Below are positions 37,901 to 47,516 of a stretch of 64,000 nucleotides of DNA, piece by piece; within the stretch, counting starts at the first letter, position 1, and each line of letters begins with the position of its first letter. Origin of the DNA: Bacteroidales bacterium (GTDB lineage Bacteria > Bacteroidota > Bacteroidia > Bacteroidales > WCHB1-69). The notes below the pieces were generated by a model. That model ran no database searches, was not told where the DNA came from, and saw only the letters and a program-made list of their open reading frames with translations. The translations under genes and the position numbers were made by a program. The stretch covers positions 4,746 to 68,745 of the forward strand of contig JAFZZT010000046.1 in the NCBI GenBank assembly GCA_017615595.1, in the 5' to 3' direction.

Positions 37901-38049
37901 CGGAGGGAAAACAAGTGTTGACAAAAAAGATTACGGCCTCAGGCATGCTGGATGTCACCTCCTTGAAGCCCGGCAACCACCTGCTAGGGGTGGAATATGC
38001 GGAGGGACAGTGGCGCTGGGTAAAGTTCGTGAAGATTGGGGATAAGTAG
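34963..38049 (+). CDS. T9SS-secreted M14 metallocarboxypeptidase (CPG70-like multidomain)
   Basis: 1028 aa. Signal peptide, two N-terminal beta-sandwich (MAM/choice-of-anchor-J-like) modules, M14 blocks STMHGREVV and NPDG, a CarboxypepD_reg-like module GFWGTVTDAATHEP, and a C-terminal T9SS sorting domain (KIFPNPTGDFLTIDV...WRWVKFVKI). Confidence 0.8.
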   Translation: MKIKDFIVCALTVLAVPLSGQVVSHPIAEDWESGDFSSLSWERPGSQYRWEITSEGAHNGRYCARSGNYYTLNTQSVLQLGVYLTESGNLSYYRKVFSAEGSGGFLFWLDGELRDSLAGYVDWSEFQCPISSGYHVLKFCYTKNQTKSKGSDCVWIDDIQLPEGLITQWQTGSCETPDAPQAVVSDSQVVLSWSNAYHAEDILLFDDVEGHPYGAVNSPGTLGWRYIDGDGAPTAPFGVLSFPNVGSPMAYVVLDDYLLVGNQYNVTAHSGHRFFGSPFHSNISNDDWIVSPELDFTEPFTFSFYARSFADRFADEKFVAAYSITDTNAGSFIPLHCDTITTIAEWNEYSFLVPAAAKYVAIHCVSHDQYMFCLDDLTIHGRRTSGHPCNVYRDGVLIASEVTDSVYVDSLATAGAHCYSITYICGEMESAPSDTVCIHLATGPATVTTEKEDTVPYVLTSASKDISDNHMANTLEEMLRWNKYPTYGVYTQLLQYFQDSFPNLCQIDTILEDTPHPDLHHSIFAIHISNTLGQATTKPAFLYSSTMHGREVVCYYMVLRLADYILNHATTDTVVQRLLDNVDLYICPLENPDGTYHQSDDLIWDDGVHTIYHNYNNVQLNLNYPYLPGLEGAANIQPETQAIIDWVTPIHFVMSVNFHCGAEIVNYPWDAWTTQQRAHADADWFRYTGQNYASLCHAQDTAYLYGDYRGRSVIEGADWSPLVGGRQDYMTYYQRCREVTIEMSHLPLITDTTLLPTYWDKNKDALLSYAMECSYGFWGTVTDAATHEPVEAMVKVLNHDRFHSEVFSHLPLGVYHRPIMAGTYTVEVSAPCYQTATFTVTIRPGMAVQHDVELQPQVEAPVAFDQYILPGMQTTVVAMAENEVHWYDSDTASQAIAVGAYYTTPVLFDTTTYYLEEQYQNDSLLCISPRSAVTVYVLDNVSVSEHNEDSELKIFPNPTGDFLTIDVGGESLRAVSVYDAEGKQVLTKKITASGMLDVTSLKPGNHLLGVEYAEGQWRWVKFVKIGDK

Positions 38050-38167
38050 AGGATAAGATTTGGGGGTTGCAGACTTACTATGATCCAAATTGATATTTTT
38101 GAAAAAAAAGTTTTGACGAGTCAGATAAATGTGTATGTTTGCTGCTTTTAAACAAACAATCAAAACA

Positions 38168-39400
38168 ATGAAAAAGCGTTTCACCTTATTTTTGACTATA
38201 ATCACCCTTATGACCACTTCCCTGCGGGCGCAGAGCGATCTGGACATGAACTCGCTATTGTCGCAGATCAATGCGGACAGTTTGTTGCAGACCGTGATGG
38301 ACTTGCAGAATTTCGGCAGTCGTTTCGCCCTGCGGGAAGGAGGTAACATAGAAGTGGCCGAATACTTGGTAGAGCGTCTGCACCGTTACGACGTCTCGGC
38401 GGTCATCGACAGCTTTCACCATGACGGGTACTTTTGGTTAGGAGGCTATTATGACCAGTGGTTTTACAATGTCAAAGGTATCCTGCCGTCTGCGAATCCC
38501 GTTGACGACTCCATTGTGATTGTGGGTGCACATCTGGACGCCATCTCCTATGACCACTCCAACTACTCGTTACAAGCCCTGGCGCCGGGTGCCGACGACA
38601 ATGCCTCCGGCGTGGCCGTCATGATCGAATTGGCGCGCATCTGCCACGCCAACCACCTGCAGTTCCACCGAGACATCCACTTCATGGCTTACGACGGAGA
38701 AGAGCTTGGCCTTTTCGGCAGCTACTACGATGCCGAAGCACGACTCATTGCTGAAGAAAATGTGAAACTCATGATCAACAACGACATGGTGAGCTTCCAG
38801 CCCGACAACGACTGGCGGCTCACGCTGCACTGGTACTCCAACGCCATGGAACCTCTACATCGAGCCGCAGAGCTCTGTGCCCAGTACACCGACATCGAAC
38901 CTTACATCCCAGATGTAGCCGACAACACAGATGCTGCCTACAGCGACAGTTACGCATACTATGTCAAGGGTTTCCCTGCCGTCTTTGCCATTGAATACAC
39001 CTTCTCCACCTCCTACCACACGGATCATGATGTCGCCGACTCCAACAACTACGCTTATCATGCAGACGTGGCGCGATACAACATGGCCCTGCTGGCAGAC
39101 TATGCGCTGTGGTCGAATGGCACGGGCGTGGAAGAGCATGAGACAACCACGTCCTTGTGTCTATCTCCCAACCCTGTGAATGACAGAGCCGTGCTACTGT
39201 ACCAGAACGAAGAAGGCGCCATCGCCAGCATCTCGGTGTATGACATGACTGGACGTCTTGTGCTACGGCAGGACGAGCAGGGAGACGTATCTGGAACACA
39301 CCGTACCGAACTCAACCTGAGTCATTTACCATCGGGGTTCTATATCTGCCGCCTTCAAACGCCCTCCCGCGTGGAGACCGTGAAGTTTGTCCGCGAGTGA
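38168..39400 (+). CDS. T9SS-secreted M28 family aminopeptidase
   Basis: Start moved to the ATG at 38168 (MKKRFTLFL... signal peptide). M28 blocks GAHLDA, GADDNASGVAVMIELAR and DGEELGLFGS. C-terminal sorting domain LSPNPVNDRAVLLY...GFYICRLQ...VKFVR. Confidence 0.8.
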   Translation: MKKRFTLFLTIITLMTTSLRAQSDLDMNSLLSQINADSLLQTVMDLQNFGSRFALREGGNIEVAEYLVERLHRYDVSAVIDSFHHDGYFWLGGYYDQWFYNVKGILPSANPVDDSIVIVGAHLDAISYDHSNYSLQALAPGADDNASGVAVMIELARICHANHLQFHRDIHFMAYDGEELGLFGSYYDAEARLIAEENVKLMINNDMVSFQPDNDWRLTLHWYSNAMEPLHRAAELCAQYTDIEPYIPDVADNTDAAYSDSYAYYVKGFPAVFAIEYTFSTSYHTDHDVADSNNYAYHADVARYNMALLADYALWSNGTGVEEHETTTSLCLSPNPVNDRAVLLYQNEEGAIASISVYDMTGRLVLRQDEQGDVSGTHRTELNLSHLPSGFYICRLQTPSRVETVKFVRE

Positions 39401-39506
39401 TTCTACACGCAGATCTCGCAGACAACTGCAAAACAGAAATCTCCATAATCTTTTTCTCAAGGATAGTCTATTTTTGCGTACTTTTGCCGCTTCAAAGTAA
39501 AAAACA

Positions 39507-40919
39507 ATGGTTTTTAGCAGCACACTCTTCCTATTCCTTTTCCTGGCGGTGTTTCTGGTGATATACCACCTGACACCGGCGAGATGGAAGAACCTTGTCC
39601 TGCTCCTCGCCAGCCTGGCTTTTTACGCTTGGGGCGCACCGAAATTCATCTTCATCCTGTTGGGTTCCTTAATCCTCAATTTTTACATTGTCAGGAATAT
39701 GAGCCAGCAGACCCAGCATCGTAAAGTAGGACTCGTTCTCTCCCTGCTTTTGAATCTCGGTCTCCTCGCCTACTTCAAATACGCCAACTTCTTCGTGGAC
39801 AATCTGAATCACCTGATGGCAGCCGTCAACCTCAAACCGGTGGCCTGGATGGAGGTGGCGCTGCCCATCGGCATCTCCTTCTTCACCTTCCAGTCGCTGA
39901 CCTACACCATCGATGTGTACAGAAGAGTCCACGCACCGCTGCGCCACCTCCACGACTATCTGCTGTACATCCTGATGTTCCCGCAACTGATTGCTGGTCC
40001 TATCGTGCGATTCAACACCATCGCGGACGACATTGAGGACCGGCGGCACAACGACACCATCGACAACAAGCTCTACGGGGTGTATCGGTTTGCCCTCGGA
40101 CTTGCTAAGAAGGTACTCATCGCCAATATCTTAGGCGCTCAGGTGGATCAATTCTATGCGCTCCCGCACGAGCAGGTCACGGGCACCATCGCACGCATGG
40201 CCGCCCTCACCTACTCTTTCCAGATCTATTTCGACTTCAGCGGCTACTCCGACATGGCCATTGGCCTGGGATATCTGCTGGGATTCAAGTTCCCCGAGAA
40301 CTTCAACAACCCATACACTTCGCAGAGTGTCAGCGAATTCTGGCGGCGGTGGCACATCACCCTCGGCGCCTGGCTCAAAGACTATCTCTACATTCCGCTC
40401 GGCGGCAATCGCGTGCGTCCGGCACGCATGTACCTGAACCTGGCCATCGTGTTCGTCATCTGCGGCATCTGGCACGGTGCAGGCTGGAACTTCCTCATCT
40501 GGGGCATCTGGCATGGCTTGTTCATCGTCAGCGACAAGCTTTTCCTGAACCGATGGCTCTCCAGAGTGCCGAGAATCTTGCGCGTGCTGCTCACCTTCAC
40601 CGTCGTCACCATAGGCTGGATATTCTTCCGCAACGATCTCTTCGGGGACGCCATCTTCTACATAGGCAAGCTCTTCGACTTCCACCACACCGCAGCCCAG
40701 CTGACTCCCGAGTTCATCACCGTGTTCTGTCTGGCTGTGTTCTTCTCCTTCTTTACTCTCTGCAAGCCAGGTCTCAAATTCGAGAGCATCTGCTATGCGC
40801 CCGAAAGACCCGAATGGCAACACTATGTGTCGTTTTGCTGCGCGCTTGTGCTCGTCATCGCCTCCGCAAGCTATCTGAGCGCATCCGGTTTCAATCCTTT
40901 CATCTACTTTAAATTCTGA
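39507..40919 (+). CDS. MBOAT family O-acyltransferase (AlgI/DltB/PatA-like)
   Basis: EFWRRWHITLGAWLKDYLYIPLGGNR block with the catalytic His. Polytopic, 470 aa. Confidence 0.85.
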   Translation: MVFSSTLFLFLFLAVFLVIYHLTPARWKNLVLLLASLAFYAWGAPKFIFILLGSLILNFYIVRNMSQQTQHRKVGLVLSLLLNLGLLAYFKYANFFVDNLNHLMAAVNLKPVAWMEVALPIGISFFTFQSLTYTIDVYRRVHAPLRHLHDYLLYILMFPQLIAGPIVRFNTIADDIEDRRHNDTIDNKLYGVYRFALGLAKKVLIANILGAQVDQFYALPHEQVTGTIARMAALTYSFQIYFDFSGYSDMAIGLGYLLGFKFPENFNNPYTSQSVSEFWRRWHITLGAWLKDYLYIPLGGNRVRPARMYLNLAIVFVICGIWHGAGWNFLIWGIWHGLFIVSDKLFLNRWLSRVPRILRVLLTFTVVTIGWIFFRNDLFGDAIFYIGKLFDFHHTAAQLTPEFITVFCLAVFFSFFTLCKPGLKFESICYAPERPEWQHYVSFCCALVLVIASASYLSASGFNPFIYFKF

Positions 40920-40923
40920 CGCT

Positions 40924-42039
40924 ATGAAAGGAAGAAAAACCGTTCTCTATATCATTTTCCTGATCACGCTGCTGCTGCCCTTGCTGCAAGCGCTCACCCG
41001 ACTGGTTCCTGAACGGCCACTTGCAGGGGCCTATGTGCCTCACGAGAGGCCCTCGCTGACCGCCAAAAACTGGTTAGACGGCTCCTTCCAAGCGGATTTC
41101 GAGCCCTACACAAACGAGCACCTTGGATTTCACAATAGTTTGGTGAGACTGCGCAATTTATTCTGCTTCAAGGTATTTCACCAAACCAACGCACAGAACG
41201 TAGTGCTCGGGAAGGAGAACTATCTGTATGAACAGGACTACATTGACGCACACTACGGTACCGATTTCATCGGACGTGACCCCATCCTATCCCAAGTGAA
41301 AAAGACGCGGGAGCTACAGGATCGCCTGGCTGCAAAGGGCAAAACCCTCATCGTGTTTTTAGCGCCCAGCAAGGCGGACTTCTTCCCTGAATACATCCCA
41401 AAATCTCTTCAAAAGACTGAAACAGACAATACCAACTACAAGATATACAGCCAATTGTTAAAACAATATGGAATTAACGTCATTGACTACAACGCCTATT
41501 TCCTATCGCAGAAACAGCGCTCGCCCTACCCTCTTTACCCACAATATGGCATCCACTGGAGCGATTATGGCATGGTGAACGCCACCGATAGTCTTTTGCG
41601 CTATCTCCGTCAAAAAGGTGGGTATCATCTATCAAAACTGGTCATTGACGAGTACAAAATCAGCGAGGAGGCTCAAAAAACAGACTACGACCTAGGGGAT
41701 CTGCTCAACCTTGCAGGGAAGCAGCTGCATTGTTATCCTCTCTGCTATCCCAGCTGGCACTGGGAAGAAGACACCACCACGCCCAAACCGACCCTCACCG
41801 CCATCTCCGACAGCTACTACTGGGCCGTCTTCAACATGGGGATACAGCAATTCTGCTTTAATGGAAGTTTCTGGTACTACAACAGTACCGTTTACCCCGA
41901 GAGCTACACGTCAGCGACAAACACCTCTGATTTGAATATGAAAGAGGAGATCGAGAAGACAGACATCTTCCTCATCATGAGTACCACTCCAGGGTTGAAG
42001 ACCTTCTCTTGGGGAGCTCTTGACAGTCTGTTACAATAA
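40924..42039 (+). CDS. membrane-anchored AlgJ/AlgX/PatB-like SGNH-type partner of the MBOAT protein
   Basis: N-terminal anchor, IVFLAPSK and YGIHWSDYG (D/T-H-W-like) blocks. Lies 4 nt downstream of the MBOAT gene. Confidence 0.45.
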   Translation: MKGRKTVLYIIFLITLLLPLLQALTRLVPERPLAGAYVPHERPSLTAKNWLDGSFQADFEPYTNEHLGFHNSLVRLRNLFCFKVFHQTNAQNVVLGKENYLYEQDYIDAHYGTDFIGRDPILSQVKKTRELQDRLAAKGKTLIVFLAPSKADFFPEYIPKSLQKTETDNTNYKIYSQLLKQYGINVIDYNAYFLSQKQRSPYPLYPQYGIHWSDYGMVNATDSLLRYLRQKGGYHLSKLVIDEYKISEEAQKTDYDLGDLLNLAGKQLHCYPLCYPSWHWEEDTTTPKPTLTAISDSYYWAVFNMGIQQFCFNGSFWYYNSTVYPESYTSATNTSDLNMKEEIEKTDIFLIMSTTPGLKTFSWGALDSLLQ

Positions 42040-42048
42040 TCCGCGCAC

Positions 42049-43227
42049 TTATCGCATCACCTCCGCGACAATTATCACCTTCTCTTCTTTGCCGAGGGTA
42101 GTGCCGATGACGAACATCTGGCCACCGTCCCGTATCTTCAAACGGTTGCGGAGCTCTTCGGCAGAGAGTGGGAAGTTGCGTACCGCCACGTTGGCCTGCG
42201 GAATCTCCGCCGCGAGGGTTTTGATGGTATGCTTGTGGAAAGGCATGGTCTGGACAACCTTGAAGATACGACCCGGGAAGTCGGGAACCGCTTCGTCCGA
42301 GGTGTAGAGATGCGTGCTCGGGGCCAGCTTGCGGACGGGATAGCGCCGTGTCAACGTCTTATAGCCTCCCGCCTTCATGATGGCGGCATGGGGTTCGTAC
42401 AGATATGGGCCAACACTGTCAGCCAAGGTTGGGACTGTTTGTGCTTCCTCTTCCGGAGTGAAGCAGAAGGGTTGCGTCTCACGCTTCCCGATGTTGACCG
42501 CCGTGAAAGTTAACGGTTGGGCCTCCTTTGCCAAGATAAAGAGCAGCTCCTTGCACTCCCCTTCGACAGCCACCACCTGCACGGCAGTGGTCTCCGGCAG
42601 CTGGCGCAGCGCCTCGCGGATATCCAGCATAGGAGACAACTTCAGCATGATGCCCTTAGAGGCCTTTTCCAAGAGCAATGACTTGTTCGCGACCACATCG
42701 GGCACGCACTCCGACAGACTGACGACCCGCCGTCCGTGGGTGTCGCGGCGGGACGGGTCCACATAGAACCAGTCAACAGGGCCAAGCTCCGGCAGAGCCT
42801 CTTCCATCGTTTTTGTCAGCACCCCCACATTTTGAATACCCATCACGCCCATATTGTGGTGGACCATCTGCGCCAATTCCGCATTGGGCTCTACATACCA
42901 GCCCTTGTCAAACCGGCTGGCAAACTGGATGGTGTCAACTCCAAATCCGCCGCTAAGATCGGCGAAGGTGCCACCGGCTATCAAGGATGCTTTATAGCGA
43001 GCCGTGGCCGTGGAAGAGCACTGTTCCATATTGACGGTCGGAGGATATACTATTTCCTGACAGACATAGAAGTCCGGCAGCTTGTCTTGGGCCTTCTGTC
43101 TACCCTTGATCTGCTGCAACGCAAAGGGAAGGTTCACGCCTGCCGGGGCCGGTTGCAGGGCCAGACGGGCCACATCCTCATCGGCATGGGCCAGCACATA
43201 TTGCCGAGTCTGTTCATCGTACAACAT
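42049..43227 (-). CDS. class I SAM-dependent methyltransferase with THUMP-like C-terminal domain
   Basis: FADLSGGFGVD motif I. 392 aa. The N-terminus YVLAHADEDVARLAL is typical of this Bacteroidales family. Confidence 0.6.
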   Translation of the reverse strand: MLYDEQTRQYVLAHADEDVARLALQPAPAGVNLPFALQQIKGRQKAQDKLPDFYVCQEIVYPPTVNMEQCSSTATARYKASLIAGGTFADLSGGFGVDTIQFASRFDKGWYVEPNAELAQMVHHNMGVMGIQNVGVLTKTMEEALPELGPVDWFYVDPSRRDTHGRRVVSLSECVPDVVANKSLLLEKASKGIMLKLSPMLDIREALRQLPETTAVQVVAVEGECKELLFILAKEAQPLTFTAVNIGKRETQPFCFTPEEEAQTVPTLADSVGPYLYEPHAAIMKAGGYKTLTRRYPVRKLAPSTHLYTSDEAVPDFPGRIFKVVQTMPFHKHTIKTLAAEIPQANVAVRNFPLSAEELRNRLKIRDGGQMFVIGTTLGKEEKVIIVAEVMR

Positions 43228-46200
43228 CAGGCTTCGGATTTTATCACATGATTGAGCTTCTCCAGCCAGTGCAGTGCCGCCCGGATGGTGGGGACATTGT
43301 GGACGATGAACACCAGATGATGGTTGATCTCCTTCAACTGGATGAGCGGATGATTGCGTTGCATGAAGGACAGCACACGGCCGAACTCCTCCGTCTGGAA
43401 GTACTTGGAGCTGGCGTTTCCGGCAAAATGTCCCATGAAGGTTTTATTCTTCAACACCACCTTTTCAAAATGAAGGTCACCGGCCAGCAGGCGAAGAGGC
43501 ACGCTCAGCATCAGTTCTTCAGTCTTGGCAGGCATCTGTCCGAAGATATCGACCACCTTCTTCTTGAATGCCTCCAGCTTATCCAGATCCTTGATAGCCT
43601 CCAACTCTTTGTAAAGGCTCATGCGTTCCGACACGCTGCTGACGTAGTCGGTGGGGAACATTGCCTCGACATCGGTCTCCAACAGACACTCGCGCCGCAG
43701 GATCGCGCTGTTATCGGCAGGCTTGTCCTCTCCAAGTTCCTCACTGCCCTCATCGCGCATCTCCTGGATGGCCTCGTTGAGGATCTTCTGATACATTTCG
43801 TAGCCCATTTCGTTGATGAAGCCGCTCTGGTCGGCGCCGAGGATGTCGCCCGCGCCGCGGATGTCGAGGTCGCGCAGGGCTATCTGGATGCCGCTGCCGA
43901 TCTCTGAGAACTCCTCGATGGCCTTCAACCGTTTCTGGGCGTTGTTGTTGAGGAACTCAAACGGTTTGGTGAAGAGATAGCAGTATGCCTTCTGGTTGTT
44001 GCGCCCCACCCTGCCGCGCAACTGGTGCAGCACGTTGAGGGCAAAGTTCTGGGCATCATTGACGATCATGGTGTTGGCGTTGACAATGTCGAGGCCCGAC
44101 TCCACGATGGTGGTGGAGACCAGTACATCGTAGCGGCCCTCGATAAAATCGGTCATGACTTTCTCAAGTTCATCGCCCTCCATCTGGCCATGGCCCACCA
44201 CAACACGAGCCGTAGGACAGAGCCGTTGCACCATGCCCGCCAGCTTCTGGATGTCCTGTATCTTGTTGTGGACAAAGAAGACCTGTCCGTGGCGGTCCAG
44301 CTCGAACTGGATCGCTTCGCGAAGTATCTCCTCGTCAAAGACATGCACTTCCGTCTGGATGGGCAAACGGTTGGGCGGTGGCGTGGAGATGACCGATATG
44401 TCGCGGGCTCCAATCAAGGAGAACTGCAGGGTGCGTGGGATGGGCGTGGCCGACATGGTGAGGGTGTCCACCGAGACGCGCAACTCGCGCAGCTTCTCCT
44501 TGGCCCCTACGCCGAACTTCTGCTCTTCATCAATGACAAGCAGTCCCAAGTCTTTGAACACCACATCCTTGCTCAGCAGACGGTGTGTCCCTATCAAAAT
44601 ATCAATCTTGCCCTCCGCCAGCTCTTTCAGCGTGGCCTTGATCTCTTTGTTCGTCTTGAAACGGTTGACATATTCCACGCGACACGGCATATTGGCCAGA
44701 CGGTCACGGAAGGTGTTGTAGTGTTGCAATGCCAGCACGGTGGTGGGCACGAGCACGGCGACCTGCTTGCTGTCGCACACGGCCTTGAAGGCGGCACGGA
44801 TGGCAATCTCCGTCTTGCCGAAGCCCACATCCCCGCAGATGAGACGGTCCATCGGACAAGAGCTCTCCATATCTTTCTTCACATCCTCCAGCGTCTTGAT
44901 CTGGTCAGGAGTGTCTTCGTAGATGAAGGAGGCCTCCAACTCTGTCTGCAGGTAGCTATCCGGCGAGAAGGCGAACCCCTTGCGGGCCTTGCGGGCGGAA
45001 TAGAGCTTGATGAGGTCGATGGCCAACGCCTTGACACGCTTCTTGGTACGCTCCTTGATGCGCTCCCAGGTGCCCGACCCCAGCCGGTGCAGCTTGGGCG
45101 CAGTGCCCTCCTTGCCCACATACTTGCTGATCTTATGCAAAGAATGGATACTCACATAAAGGATATCCCCACCCTCGTAGGTCAACTTGATGACTTCGTG
45201 CTCTTTGCCGTTGATTTCCGTCTTCTCCAGACCCTGATACACGCCGACACCGAAGTTAATATGGACCACATAGTCCCCGGGTTGCAGGTCGTAAATCTCT
45301 TTGATGGTGAAGGCCTCGCTCTTCTTGTAACGGTCGCGGAGCACCACACGCTCCTGCTTCTCCAAAAACTGGTGGTCGGTATAGACGGCCAATTTGCGAT
45401 CTTCATCGCTGAAGCCCTCATGCAGTTGGTATCGCAGCGGTGTGTAGAGATGCCGGATGTCGTAATTGGTGGCATTATGGCGGTTGTATTTCTCCAAAAG
45501 ATCCTCCATGATCTTCTCGAGACGTTCCTGCTGCGAGGCGCTCTCGGAGAGGAAGACGCTCTCCACCCCCTTTTTATAATTCTCAATCCATTCCAAGAAC
45601 AGATAGTCGAAACTCTTGCCAAAGTTATTCTGCGGCTTGGTATGGAAATGCACCGACAGGTCGATCACCGTTTTGGGCGGCGTGTTAACCAGGATATGCG
45701 CATACTTAGGCCATCCCTTGTCAAATTCCTTCTTGGGGATGAGGAGATCCTCCACGGGAAGGGCAATCGGAGCATCCGAGTCTGCGGAGGCCGGCCGGGC
45801 AGCCAACTCGGAAGCGGTATTCTTATAGAGGGCATCTATCTGAGAACCAATATCCTGCGGACTATGCATCCACAGAACCGTATCTTCGGGCAGATAATCA
45901 AAGAGCGAAACACGCTGTGTCTCCACCGCCATATTGCTGATATTGGGCATAATACAGATCTCTTCTTTATCGCAGATAGAGAGCTGTGTCTCTGGGTTGA
46001 AGAAACGGATGGAATCAATACGGTCCCCTTCCAACTCAATACGGTAAGGATACTCTTCCGAAAAGGAGAAGATGTCGAAGATGCTGCCACGCCAGGCGAA
46101 CTGTCCGGGCTCTGTTACAAAATCTTCCTGCTGGTACTCCAGGTCATAGAGATACTGGAGGAAGACATCCACGGGGATCTCGGCATCTTTCTGAATTCTA

Positions 46201-46655
46201 AAGGTATTATCGAGAATATAATGCTGATTGACAATCCGTTCAGCGACCGCCTCCGGATAAGAGACAATGATGGAAGGGACCTCTTGATTGGTAAGTTTGT
46301 GCAGCAACTCGGCGCGAAGCTTCACGTTGGCATTGTTCAGTTCTGCGGAGGTGTGGGCACGCCGGAACGAGGAGGGCAGATAATGGACGCGCTTGAGAGG
46401 CAACGGTCGGTCTTTGTCTTCCAAAATGCGCTCTATGTCGTTGTAGAGATAGGCGGCCTCCTCTTTGGACTCGGCGATGAAAAAGTGTAGGCGGTCCTGT
46501 TCCTGCACTGTTTGCGCCGCCAGCAAAGAAAAGGAGGAGCCTACGAGTCCATCCACAGCAATAGCAGGGCGCGAGGATTTGTCCCCGAGCCTTGACTTCA
46601 ATTGAGAAACCTCTTTCGAGAAGAGTTTTTGTCTTAACTTATCAACTGTTATCAT
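43227..46655 (-). CDS. mfd: transcription-repair coupling factor
   Basis: Start moved to the ATG at 46655 (MITVDKLRQ...). Helicase motifs CGDVGFGKTE, DEEQKFG and MSATPIPRT, plus a TRCF C-terminal domain. Confidence 0.92.
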   Translation of the reverse strand: MITVDKLRQKLFSKEVSQLKSRLGDKSSRPAIAVDGLVGSSFSLLAAQTVQEQDRLHFFIAESKEEAAYLYNDIERILEDKDRPLPLKRVHYLPSSFRRAHTSAELNNANVKLRAELLHKLTNQEVPSIIVSYPEAVAERIVNQHYILDNTFRIQKDAEIPVDVFLQYLYDLEYQQEDFVTEPGQFAWRGSIFDIFSFSEEYPYRIELEGDRIDSIRFFNPETQLSICDKEEICIMPNISNMAVETQRVSLFDYLPEDTVLWMHSPQDIGSQIDALYKNTASELAARPASADSDAPIALPVEDLLIPKKEFDKGWPKYAHILVNTPPKTVIDLSVHFHTKPQNNFGKSFDYLFLEWIENYKKGVESVFLSESASQQERLEKIMEDLLEKYNRHNATNYDIRHLYTPLRYQLHEGFSDEDRKLAVYTDHQFLEKQERVVLRDRYKKSEAFTIKEIYDLQPGDYVVHINFGVGVYQGLEKTEINGKEHEVIKLTYEGGDILYVSIHSLHKISKYVGKEGTAPKLHRLGSGTWERIKERTKKRVKALAIDLIKLYSARKARKGFAFSPDSYLQTELEASFIYEDTPDQIKTLEDVKKDMESSCPMDRLICGDVGFGKTEIAIRAAFKAVCDSKQVAVLVPTTVLALQHYNTFRDRLANMPCRVEYVNRFKTNKEIKATLKELAEGKIDILIGTHRLLSKDVVFKDLGLLVIDEEQKFGVGAKEKLRELRVSVDTLTMSATPIPRTLQFSLIGARDISVISTPPPNRLPIQTEVHVFDEEILREAIQFELDRHGQVFFVHNKIQDIQKLAGMVQRLCPTARVVVGHGQMEGDELEKVMTDFIEGRYDVLVSTTIVESGLDIVNANTMIVNDAQNFALNVLHQLRGRVGRNNQKAYCYLFTKPFEFLNNNAQKRLKAIEEFSEIGSGIQIALRDLDIRGAGDILGADQSGFINEMGYEMYQKILNEAIQEMRDEGSEELGEDKPADNSAILRRECLLETDVEAMFPTDYVSSVSERMSLYKELEAIKDLDKLEAFKKKVVDIFGQMPAKTEELMLSVPLRLLAGDLHFEKVVLKNKTFMGHFAGNASSKYFQTEEFGRVLSFMQRNHPLIQLKEINHHLVFIVHNVPTIRAALHWLEKLNHVIKSEA

Positions 46656-46867
46656 CTCAAATGCTCGCCACCGGGCTGAGCAGCCTTCATTCTTTGATCC
46701 ATTGCAAACCTCAAATTTGCAGCCGCAAAAGTAAACAAAAAAAAGACACCCGCGGCAGGCCTCTCGCAGCATCTTGTTTTAGGGTTGGAAAAACAAATAT
46801 TTTTTTGTACTTTTGCCGCCGTTTTTTTCAAACATATTTTATTCACTAATTTAAAAATTACAAAACA

Positions 46868-47470
46868 ATGAAATCAGTATCTATTAGCGGTTCTCCGAGA
46901 GAGAACGTAGGGAAAAAAGATGCAAAGTCACAACGCAGACAAGGTATGGTTCCTTGCGTCATTTATGGTGGCAACGAGCAGAAACTCTTCCTCGTGGATG
47001 AGAAACAATTCGCCAAATTGCTTTACACTCCTGAAGTAAGATTCGTGGAGCTGGAGCTGGACGGCAAAATCACCAAAGCCATTGTCCAAGACACGCAATT
47101 CCATCCCATCACCGATAAGTTATTACATGTTGACTTCCTCGAAGTCGTGGACGGCAAGCCCATCACCATTGAGATCCCGTTCAAGGTCAAGGGTACCTCC
47201 CCTGGGGTTTTGAAGGGTGGTTCTTTGAAGAAGAGAGTTCGCAAGATCAAAGTCCGCGGCCTTCTCGAGAACATTCCGGAAGAGATCACGGCCGACATCT
47301 CCAACTTGGACATCAACCAATTCATCAAGATTGGTGACTTGTCTTTGGACAACCTCACTATCGTTGACAATCCCAACAAGGTTATCGTCATCGTCAACCC
47401 GACTCGTAACGCTGTTGCATCTGCTGAAGGCGAGGGTGAAGGCGAAGAGTCTGCTGAGGCAGAGGCTTAA
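46868..47470 (+). CDS. rplY: 50S ribosomal protein L25/general stress protein Ctc
   Basis: RRQGMVPCVIYGG and HVDFLEV blocks with an acidic tail. A TACTTTTG box lies upstream. Confidence 0.88.
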   Translation: MKSVSISGSPRENVGKKDAKSQRRQGMVPCVIYGGNEQKLFLVDEKQFAKLLYTPEVRFVELELDGKITKAIVQDTQFHPITDKLLHVDFLEVVDGKPITIEIPFKVKGTSPGVLKGGSLKKRVRKIKVRGLLENIPEEITADISNLDINQFIKIGDLSLDNLTIVDNPNKVIVIVNPTRNAVASAEGEGEGEESAEAEA

Positions 47471-47516
47471 TTCTCCGGCATTAATCAATTAGTAAAAAAC
47501 TCAAAACATTTTTAAT

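Noticed and set aside
44025-46490. 821-aa ORF antisense to mfd, and similar long antisense ORFs (14136-15221, 33357-34853, 57556-58686, 20018-20983, 24912-25898, 27589-28587, 8459-9064, 3610-4725)
   Set aside because: Each lies opposite a confidently recognised gene. They are H/D/G/L/R-rich low-information translations typical of the antisense frame of GC-rich coding DNA, with no motifs.
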